Assembly: GCA_009787115.1 (NCBI GenBank)
Contig: WRGQ01000170.1
Location: forward strand, 21,640 to 85,639
Reading direction: 5' to 3'
DNA: 64,000 nucleotides
Origin: Bacteroidota bacterium
Lineage (GTDB): Bacteria > Bacteroidota > Bacteroidia > Bacteroidales > WCHB1-69
In this document: positions 28,925 to 36,077 of the stretch, in pieces
How the letters are laid out: each line of letters starts with the position of its first letter
How positions within the stretch are numbered: position 1 is the stretch's first letter
The notes under the pieces: model-generated
Seen by the model: the letters and a program-made list of their open reading frames with translations, nothing else
The model's database searches: none
What the model was told of the DNA's origin: nothing
Position numbers and translations under genes: made by a program

Positions 28925-30052
28925 CTATTTTAATCGGTTTTCAATTCTGGTACATAAATCGGTGAATGTGCCATATTCTTTTTTACAGGTTTTGTAATCG
29001 GCGTTAATCGTGCTTTTTATTCTGTCATATTTTTGTTTTAGGGACGCTGTGCTTTGTTTACTGTTTTTAATATCCAATAACAGTTCTGTCAGTTTTTCAT
29101 TAATTTGGTATAATACGCGACAATCTACGGCAGCGGCGTGTCCTCCCCCTCCTTTTTGTTTTTTATCACTCAGGATTGTATTATAAATAAGAATGGTATT
29201 GTTTCTGTCTTCAAGGGCGCCGTTATATCTTGCAATACTTGCTTTCAAATTATCGCATTCGTTATATTGCTGGTCTTTGGTGCCTGTAAATTTTTCTTCG
29301 GTGCCCACCGTTTTACTTTGTAGTTCTTTAATTTTAGCGGAGGGCAAGTCATATAGTTGATCCAATGCTGCTGCTGCCGCATCTTTTTGGGATAACAATT
29401 TTTCTGTTTCCTTATCCAGGTAGCTGATTACCATCTTCAGTTCGGGGCTTTCGCAAACCTCTAACGTGAGGATGTTAAGGGTAAATTTTACTAAATATTC
29501 CACTTTTTTATCTCTTGGCGATTTTGCGGTTTTGGCATTTTTTGAAGCCACATATAGCGTTACGGGGATTTTACAGTCTTCGGCATTCATTTTAAAATAA
29601 TAGATTAACCGAGATTCAGGATCTCTTAATTCTAATGTTCTGGTTACATCAGGAGTGCCGTCTAAAATAACATTCACCAGTCCGCTTTCATTAATACACG
29701 GCACCACCTTTTTGTCTTTCATATATTTCTTTACCATATCCTTATCAAACCAAACATCATCTTTTTCTTTCATAGCTTTGCTGTAGGGCTGTTTTTTCGG
29801 AAAAGCATAAACAAATAATCCGTCATCGCTATCTCCATAGAAGATCATTTTCAATTGTCCGATATTGTTATCCCAATTGAATGTAACGAGGAGATTGGCT
29901 TCGGGTCCCATGCCAAAAGCGGGTTGCAAGGGAATAGTGGTTTTACAATCTCTCATAGGAACTACATTCACATAAATGTCTGTGCTGCCTTGAGAAAAAC
30001 ATTTTAAACTTGCAATAAAAAAAATAAAAATAAATAATCTTTTTTTCGTCAT
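28925..30052 (-). CDS. hypothetical periplasmic protein
   Basis: Signal peptide 'MTKKRLFIFIFFIASLKCFSQ'. 375 aa, with no TM helix and no recognisable motif. Junctions to both neighbours are 5-6 nt. Confidence 0.5.
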   Translation of the reverse strand: MTKKRLFIFIFFIASLKCFSQGSTDIYVNVVPMRDCKTTIPLQPAFGMGPEANLLVTFNWDNNIGQLKMIFYGDSDDGLFVYAFPKKQPYSKAMKEKDDVWFDKDMVKKYMKDKKVVPCINESGLVNVILDGTPDVTRTLELRDPESRLIYYFKMNAEDCKIPVTLYVASKNAKTAKSPRDKKVEYLVKFTLNILTLEVCESPELKMVISYLDKETEKLLSQKDAAAAALDQLYDLPSAKIKELQSKTVGTEEKFTGTKDQQYNECDNLKASIARYNGALEDRNNTILIYNTILSDKKQKGGGGHAAAVDCRVLYQINEKLTELLLDIKNSKQSTASLKQKYDRIKSTINADYKTCKKEYGTFTDLCTRIENRLK

Positions 30053-30057
30053 TATGA

Positions 30058-30624
30058 TTATGGTTTGAGTGTTAATTCAATTTCAATAGGTTTGCATCTT
30101 GCTAAGAAAATATATGGAAAATTGGAGTCGGGTTGGGTAACGTAGAATTGTAAGGAAAAAGTTATCGGGGCATTGGAAGGGAGATTACTGATGTCGAAAA
30201 AAACAGGTTTTGCATTTTTCTTCACCACTTCGTAACCATCTTCAAAAGAACGGAAGTAGGTCATTTTCCCTCTCGACAGAAATTTATACAATACCCTGTT
30301 TTGATTTTTGAATGTTTTTGAGGCATTCACGTTACGGTTTTTTCTCATCAGTTCGGCAAGGTCTGTATCTTTGGCAAAGAACCAAACGCTGCGTTCGTAG
30401 TTTAACGTAAAGTCGTTACCCACCATAATGATGAGTATTTTTTTATCGGTAATACTGAACGTAAGGGGTAAGTTCATCAAATAATTATCCGTTGCTTTGA
30501 AATAGTCGCACAACCGCACCTCAGTTTTTTGAGGTTTTGTTGGGGAAATTTCGATTTTGAGTTGTGCGGATACCCACAAACAACACCAAAAAAGGAGTGC
30601 AAAAAGGATAATTTTTTTCATCAT
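30058..30624 (-). CDS. hypothetical periplasmic protein
   Basis: Signal peptide 'MMKKIILFALLFWCCLWVSAQ'. 188 aa. It starts 3 nt after the E2 stop. Confidence 0.5.
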   Translation of the reverse strand: MMKKIILFALLFWCCLWVSAQLKIEISPTKPQKTEVRLCDYFKATDNYLMNLPLTFSITDKKILIIMVGNDFTLNYERSVWFFAKDTDLAELMRKNRNVNASKTFKNQNRVLYKFLSRGKMTYFRSFEDGYEVVKKNAKPVFFDISNLPSNAPITFSLQFYVTQPDSNFPYIFLARCKPIEIELTLKP

Positions 30625-30627
30625 ATA

Positions 30628-31182
30628 TTAATCCTGTTTAAATTCGACCCATCCTTGTGGTTCGCCTTGTTTCAGCACCCATTCGGCAACGTCGAGGTCT
30701 TCGGGGTAGGGGTATTCGTTTTTGGCGTGGTAGTCGTCGTAAGTAAGGTAATCAATTACGCGGTCAATATAGTCCACTAAGTGGGTATGCACGCCGCTAT
30801 CTCCGGTATTGAGGCACACGCGCCCCTTAAAGTCTCCGAAGAATCGCACGTTGGGGTGCCACACATCGGTAGTGAACGAGAACTGCGGCTGTCCGTCTGC
30901 GCTGGGGTAGTTGTTGGGCAGGGTGATACGCATTACATGTTCATAACCGAAAATAGGAAGTTTCAGTCCCTGTTCATTTTCCGGCTTAACACCGGTAATA
31001 CTTTTTACATTAAAAACGATGTCATACACAATAGGCAATCCCAATCCGTTTCTTTTGCGGATGATGTAGGAGCCCTGCGTATCGTTTTCATATCTGCGGT
31101 CTATCAGTTCCCATTCTTTAAACAAACGGGCATCTTTGCCGTTATAGGTCTTTCCTTTGTAGGTTTCTATTTCTCTTTCCAT
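30628..31182 (-). CDS. ubiquitin-conjugating-enzyme-like (E2, UBC fold) protein
   Basis: 'ITLPNNYPSADGQPQFSFTTDVWHPNVRFFGDFKGRVCLN' reproduces the UBC core (YP...P...F.t.i.HPNi...G.iCl). It has the HPN triad and catalytic Cys123 (codon 30814-30816). 184 aa. Confidence 0.85.
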   Translation of the reverse strand: MEREIETYKGKTYNGKDARLFKEWELIDRRYENDTQGSYIIRKRNGLGLPIVYDIVFNVKSITGVKPENEQGLKLPIFGYEHVMRITLPNNYPSADGQPQFSFTTDVWHPNVRFFGDFKGRVCLNTGDSGVHTHLVDYIDRVIDYLTYDDYHAKNEYPYPEDLDVAEWVLKQGEPQGWVEFKQD

Positions 31183-31511
31183 TATCCCGCAATTACTCTT
31201 TTAATAATAATTAATTTATCGCCTTCTTTAACGCCGTAGTCGAAGAGGCTTTGTTCTTCCCCGTTGTTTTTTTCTTTGAGGATTTCGCTTTTGCCGTCTT
31301 CCGACATACGTCCGAGGTAGTATTTAATGCGGTTTCCGCCGTTATCCATTTCCGGCAGCACCCATAGTTTATCGGGCATATTTCTTGCTTCCTCTCTCAC
31401 TTTTTCGAGGGTAAATTTAATGTTTTCTTTAGGATTGAGAATCCTGATGACGCAACTCTTATTTTCATAAGAGAAGATCACTTTCATACCTTGTTTTTCT
31501 TGATTTTCCAT
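31182..31511 (-). CDS. ubiquitin-like beta-grasp protein ending in a free C-terminal Gly
   Basis: The C-terminus 'SLFDYGVKEGDKLIIIKRVIAG*' aligns with ubiquitin '[22 protein letters not shown]'. 109 aa. Its TAA stop shares one nt with the E2 ATG (TAATG). Confidence 0.8.
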   Translation of the reverse strand: MENQEKQGMKVIFSYENKSCVIRILNPKENIKFTLEKVREEARNMPDKLWVLPEMDNGGNRIKYYLGRMSEDGKSEILKEKNNGEEQSLFDYGVKEGDKLIIIKRVIAG

Positions 31512-31531
31512 ATTGATATAATATTAATAAA

Positions 31532-31572
31532 TTTAAGATTTAAGATTATTCATTAGTCATTATTCATTATTG
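31532..31572. repeat. Six phased heptamers (tttaaga x2, ttattca, ttagtca, ttattca, ttattg) between the 345-aa gene and the Ubl gene
   Basis: Read directly. On the minus strand each unit carries a TAA. The array includes the stop of the 345-aa gene. Confidence 0.8.
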
Positions 31573-32604
31573 TTGGCTTGGTGGAAGATAATCATAAATA
31601 AAATAATCATCGTAAATAACGCTTCTAACGTAATTAGTCATTTTTATTTTACGAAGTTGTTGTTTGAGTTCCATATCATACTCACTTTTTGGTATTAGAT
31701 CCTGTATTTTTTCTAAAAACGCATTTTCCATTTTATGTAAATCTTCTGTAATTTTTATTTTAATTTTTGTTACTTTATTTGCCCATTTTGTATATTCTTC
31801 AGGAGCCACTGCACCAAATTCATGTACTGTCTCATGCCACATTATCTGTGCATCCAAATTTTTATAGTCTTGGTATCTTATATAAGATTCAGCGAAGTAA
31901 GCGCCTGCTTTAAAGGCTTTTTTAACGGATTTTGCTCCCGGAGTATTGTCAATAATTGTGTTCACATATCTATTACTTATCATCATTTTCTCCCATGCCT
32001 GAATATCTCTTTCATTCGGAGCAGAAAAATTGTCATATATCGACTTTCCAGCGGAGCCGACTTTCCAAGCATAGCCACCATATTCCTTAGTGTAATCGAC
32101 AACCTTTTGTATATTGGGTGAAAGCGGAGGAAGTAAAGATTTTGCAGGTTCACTACTTGCTCCTCTCTTAGCGGAAACTCCCCCCAATATCGCAGCTCCT
32201 AAATTTTTAACTCCTTGCCAAGCGTTATACTTAACATCTTCTTCAGCCTTTTGTCTTAATTTTTTTAATTCTTCCCAAAAATCAACATCTAATTTATAAG
32301 TAAAATATTCCAGTGTTTTATTTGCAAAATTAATCCAATCTTCTCTTGCTATTCCATTGATTATGTAATTTTTAATTCCTTCCCACGAATTTCTTTCCAG
32401 GTCAATAAAAATTTTGGGTTGATTTCCATACTCCACTGCCATTGCCAATAAATAATTAATATAGGAGCCATCAATGCGAACTGCATTGCCTCTTTCCTTA
32501 TCGGCTGCATCTGCAGAACACAAGTACGTATATTCTTTGCTTGTTCTTGTTATAGGAAAGAATTTACTTCGGGCAACAGGATTGTAAGGGTTGGGGATAG
32601 CCAT
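31567..32604 (-). CDS. hypothetical cytoplasmic protein (single HExxH motif)
   Basis: 345 aa, with no signal peptide or TM helix. It contains 'WHETVHEFG' (HExxH), but I could recognise no further metalloprotease context. Confidence 0.45.
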   Translation of the reverse strand: MAIPNPYNPVARSKFFPITRTSKEYTYLCSADAADKERGNAVRIDGSYINYLLAMAVEYGNQPKIFIDLERNSWEGIKNYIINGIAREDWINFANKTLEYFTYKLDVDFWEELKKLRQKAEEDVKYNAWQGVKNLGAAILGGVSAKRGASSEPAKSLLPPLSPNIQKVVDYTKEYGGYAWKVGSAGKSIYDNFSAPNERDIQAWEKMMISNRYVNTIIDNTPGAKSVKKAFKAGAYFAESYIRYQDYKNLDAQIMWHETVHEFGAVAPEEYTKWANKVTKIKIKITEDLHKMENAFLEKIQDLIPKSEYDMELKQQLRKIKMTNYVRSVIYDDYFIYDYLPPSQQ

Positions 32605-32718
32605 TTTGTTTATTTTATATTTAGTTTTTGCATTATAATATTTTGTTTAATTTTATCGTTCTTTTTTTACGTTGCAAAAATATTTATTTTTTTTAGTGCA
32701 TTGTTTCTTTTTGTTTTT

Positions 32719-35700
32719 TTAATCTGCTTTATTGAACTCTTCCAGACTGCTTGCAATTTTAGTTTTTAGTAACTGAACAGTGTATTTATTCTTGGCATCT
32801 CTAACCATAGTAATCTTATGCCGAAGAAACAAATATTGCGACATATTATTTTTTGAATAAGGTAACGTTTTACTTCCGTCACATTGGAAGGTAATACAGG
32901 TAGTAATATATACACGACGCGGAGCGCCGGACAGACCATTTACCCAAATTGCCTGACTCCTAAAAAAAACATTATCTTCTAATGATTCATATTGCTGTTT
33001 AGTATAATAGTCATTATTATTTTCTGTATAAGATACTTTAGTTTCTTCGTTGCTAACATAAGTAATAAGGTTATCTACTTTTATGCTGTAGGCATAATAA
33101 CGTAAATCAATACGATAGCGAAGATAAAACACGCTACTCATGTCGGGCGATGGCCGATTATTTTTTTCAAACTTCACATCAAAGTCTGCACTGTAACTCT
33201 CAAGTGTAATATGTGGAATATGTGATAGACACATTGAATACTCTTCTAACATAAATTTATAATTACCCAATTTTTCTTTCTTCAGTTTTTCCGTAACTGA
33301 TATAGGGTTCTTAGATGTGTCTATCTTGTTAAAGTTTATGTTACACTCGTTGTTGCTACAGAATATTGAGTTTTTGATAAAACTTTCCATTGCCGTATCG
33401 GTAAGCCATTCGGCTATTATAGTGAAGACAATAGCTGCAAGTGATACTATAATTCCCAGCACTCCAAAAGCAGCGCCTTGTGCAAATACAAGGATAGCAG
33501 AAGTAGCGTACGCTACCACTGACAAACCATAAAATGCCGCTGCCGCATTATTATTTTTCATGAGCCTACCGTATGCCTTAATCCAGGAATCATATATGTC
33601 AACACCCGTTCCAATAACCGAAAATACCTTAAAAGCAACATCAAATTTTTTTAGAAGAAGAGTATTTTTCTTAATATTTTTTTTTGCAAATCCTTCTAAG
33701 AACGTGGTTCCCAGTGCACCTACGTTTGCCCCGAATTTTATTTTCTCTTTTATATCTTTTTCCTGTATAGAAGAAAATAAAGAATATATATATATTCCCG
33801 ACATAACACTCTGAAAACCTTTGTGGTTTGAGATATATTCTATGAACCTGTTGCTTTTAATACTGGCGGCGCTCCTGCTGAAAAAAGAGTCTTCTTTGTT
33901 TACTATTTTCTTAATGGGTTCTACTATAGAATTCTTTGCTAACTTAATCTGTTCTTGTATTTTTGATTTTATGCCAGTACCTTTGTTTCCGACTTGCTTT
34001 TCCAGTGCATCTGTTACTTCCTTGTCTCTTTTGCACGCACTCTCGTTTCCCACTTTTGAATTATTCTCCAATATTTCGTTGTCAAAAATATCATTCCGAA
34101 AAGTAACATACGTTGAGTGTAAAAAATCAAAAAGTGTATCAATGTTGGCAGAACTCTTTGTTCCTTCCGAATAATCAGAGAATAATGCTATCATATCAAG
34201 CTCTTTATACAGCAGTTTTCCCACTTGATTTCTCTTTTTAGATATGTTTTTCAAGTATTCTTCGCCAGGGTCTTTGTACGCTTTTTGAATCAGTGTTCCA
34301 AAGCAATAGATATCTTTCTTTTCGCCGTCTATATGTTGGTCTTTGGTGTGAGGCAATATGGATAAAGTACAGCACAAATCCATTACTAATTTTTTTACTT
34401 CTAAGAGCATTTTATTAAAAGCCTCCTCTTGATTAGAATCAGTAGGAGGTTTTAATTGCGCAAAAAAGCCACAATACTTTTCGAAAGAATCACTTTTTAA
34501 ATTTATTACCAGGTTTTCTCTGTATTTGTCTATGTGTTTTCTTATGGACTTTCTCCGCTCAACTGCTAAAATCTGTTCAAGAAACTCTTTTTTTGTTACT
34601 TTTCTTGCCTTATCTAAATCGTCTCTATATCTTTCTCTTATCTGTTCATCTTTTATATCTTCAACATCATTATCATTAACATAGAGGCGATAATACATCA
34701 TCATACCCAGATTATGTATGGCAGCATAATGTTCCAAATCGGAAGAATTGCCCAAGAGGGTTGAATCTGAAATTATAATTTCATTTTTTTCGAGAATTTT
34801 AGTCTCAAACATCTTCTTTTTTATCGTTGAGAAACTTACTCCTGTTCTTATAGAACGAATAAAGGCTTCATGATCAAGATGTTTATCTTGCAGATACCAT
34901 TCCATTTGTTTGGCTACGCCAACAGGGTCGTCCACAACAAAGAACAGATCTTTTTTTCCTTCCGGCTTGTCATAGTTGTATTTTGCTTCTTTTACAAGGT
35001 TGTTTAAACGAGATTCGCTATATTTGCCAATTCCTGATATCTGATGGTAAACAGCCATATCCTTTACACTAATTGCCCGAGATTCAGAATCAAATGATTG
35101 TAAATCAAGTTTGTGCATAAAATCATCTCTTTTTTCCTTAAGAACACCTATCGCCTCTGGGGTGAGTTGCACTTCGCTATAAAACAAGGCTATCTTATCT
35201 GTTTCGGATACGATGAGATAGCCACTACCTGCTTTAACTTTTCTACCGGAAGTTTTATTTGTTTCTTTAAACGTAATATTTTCTTCATCATATTTCAATT
35301 CATATATATCTCTGGCTGTTTCGCTATATACATAAAGCCAACCAAATCTCAAAGGCATCGGATAGAGGTGGTCGGGGGCGGTTACCGTAGAATTATCGTT
35401 AACTTTCTCCTCGTCCTTTTTTAATGTATATTTACTGTTGTTTTTGTTCGGATCTGTTATAAAACAATGGATTCCATATCTGAAAGGATATACTCTAATT
35501 CCACTCTCAATGGTGAGTAGATTTTTCTTCTCAATAAAATCTTCTACAAAAGGATCGCTTTGTTTAATTTCAATATGCAACTCTTTATCAATCATTTTGG
35601 TGGTAATCTCAAATTCTTCTCTAGAATAAGATTTATTATCCTCCACTGTTAGAGTAGTGTTACCCACTTTTTCATTTTCTTTATCCAAAATGGTAATATC

Positions 35701-35952
35701 AAGATTTTTGCCAATAGCTTCTTTAGGATATAATATGCCCAGTTCTATCTTGACCTTGCTTCCCTGTCTTGCACTTTCAATGGGAATGTATTTTTGATCT
35801 TTGGTAACAATTACCCACCTTGAAATTTCAATTTTAGGGGTCGGTTTCTTTGGATCTCCTGCTTTCTTCGCATCATTCTTAGAACTTTCTTTTCTTTGAT
35901 CTTTATTGGAAGTTTCCCCAGTAGTTTTTTTTTCTCCTTGTTTATTTCTCAT
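32719..35952 (-). CDS. large T6SS effector candidate: shared N-terminal domain plus C-terminal hydrophobic helices
   Basis: 1077 aa. Residues about 35-150 are homologous to the N-terminus of the neighbouring M23 effector. Hydrophobic stretch 'FYGLSVVAYATSAILVFAQGAAFGVLGIIVSLAAIVFTIIAEWL' at about nt 33410-33555. It lies downstream of vgrG and the PAAR-like gene. Confidence 0.55.
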   Translation of the reverse strand: MRNKQGEKKTTGETSNKDQRKESSKNDAKKAGDPKKPTPKIEISRWVIVTKDQKYIPIESARQGSKVKIELGILYPKEAIGKNLDITILDKENEKVGNTTLTVEDNKSYSREEFEITTKMIDKELHIEIKQSDPFVEDFIEKKNLLTIESGIRVYPFRYGIHCFITDPNKNNSKYTLKKDEEKVNDNSTVTAPDHLYPMPLRFGWLYVYSETARDIYELKYDEENITFKETNKTSGRKVKAGSGYLIVSETDKIALFYSEVQLTPEAIGVLKEKRDDFMHKLDLQSFDSESRAISVKDMAVYHQISGIGKYSESRLNNLVKEAKYNYDKPEGKKDLFFVVDDPVGVAKQMEWYLQDKHLDHEAFIRSIRTGVSFSTIKKKMFETKILEKNEIIISDSTLLGNSSDLEHYAAIHNLGMMMYYRLYVNDNDVEDIKDEQIRERYRDDLDKARKVTKKEFLEQILAVERRKSIRKHIDKYRENLVINLKSDSFEKYCGFFAQLKPPTDSNQEEAFNKMLLEVKKLVMDLCCTLSILPHTKDQHIDGEKKDIYCFGTLIQKAYKDPGEEYLKNISKKRNQVGKLLYKELDMIALFSDYSEGTKSSANIDTLFDFLHSTYVTFRNDIFDNEILENNSKVGNESACKRDKEVTDALEKQVGNKGTGIKSKIQEQIKLAKNSIVEPIKKIVNKEDSFFSRSAASIKSNRFIEYISNHKGFQSVMSGIYIYSLFSSIQEKDIKEKIKFGANVGALGTTFLEGFAKKNIKKNTLLLKKFDVAFKVFSVIGTGVDIYDSWIKAYGRLMKNNNAAAAFYGLSVVAYATSAILVFAQGAAFGVLGIIVSLAAIVFTIIAEWLTDTAMESFIKNSIFCSNNECNINFNKIDTSKNPISVTEKLKKEKLGNYKFMLEEYSMCLSHIPHITLESYSADFDVKFEKNNRPSPDMSSVFYLRYRIDLRYYAYSIKVDNLITYVSNEETKVSYTENNNDYYTKQQYESLEDNVFFRSQAIWVNGLSGAPRRVYITTCITFQCDGSKTLPYSKNNMSQYLFLRHKITMVRDAKNKYTVQLLKTKIASSLEEFNKAD

Positions 35953-36077
35953 AATCTTTATTTTTTGCTTATTATTATTTGTTTGTTATTAATTAGGCAC
36001 AAGTTACGATTACATCTCCACTTGCAACACAATGGGGGAACTCTATTTTTGAGTTTATTTCATTATGGTGGTGCTTG

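Noticed and set aside
31182-31511. Could the Ubl be a horizontally acquired eukaryotic ubiquitin used as a toxin, as with the Bacteroides fragilis ubiquitin homologue?
   Set aside because: Only the C-terminal beta5/tail region resembles ubiquitin. The rest is divergent and 33 aa longer. It is also co-encoded with its own E1, E2 and JAB, which argues for an endogenous conjugation system rather than a secreted ubiquitin mimic.
20813-31511. Type II CBASS (Cap2/Cap3) or a stand-alone Bil-type anti-phage operon
   Set aside because: I saw no CD-NTase or effector typical of CBASS. E1 and E2 are separate genes rather than a Cap2 fusion. The genes are dispersed among T6SS genes, with an added RING/FHA membrane protein, instead of forming a compact 4-gene cassette. 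A defence role cannot be excluded, but the context points to the T6SS.
31567-32604. Calling the 345-aa protein a zinc metalloprotease from 'HETVH'
   Set aside because: HExxH occurs frequently by chance. I recognised no third ligand or Met-turn context, so the protein is kept as hypothetical.
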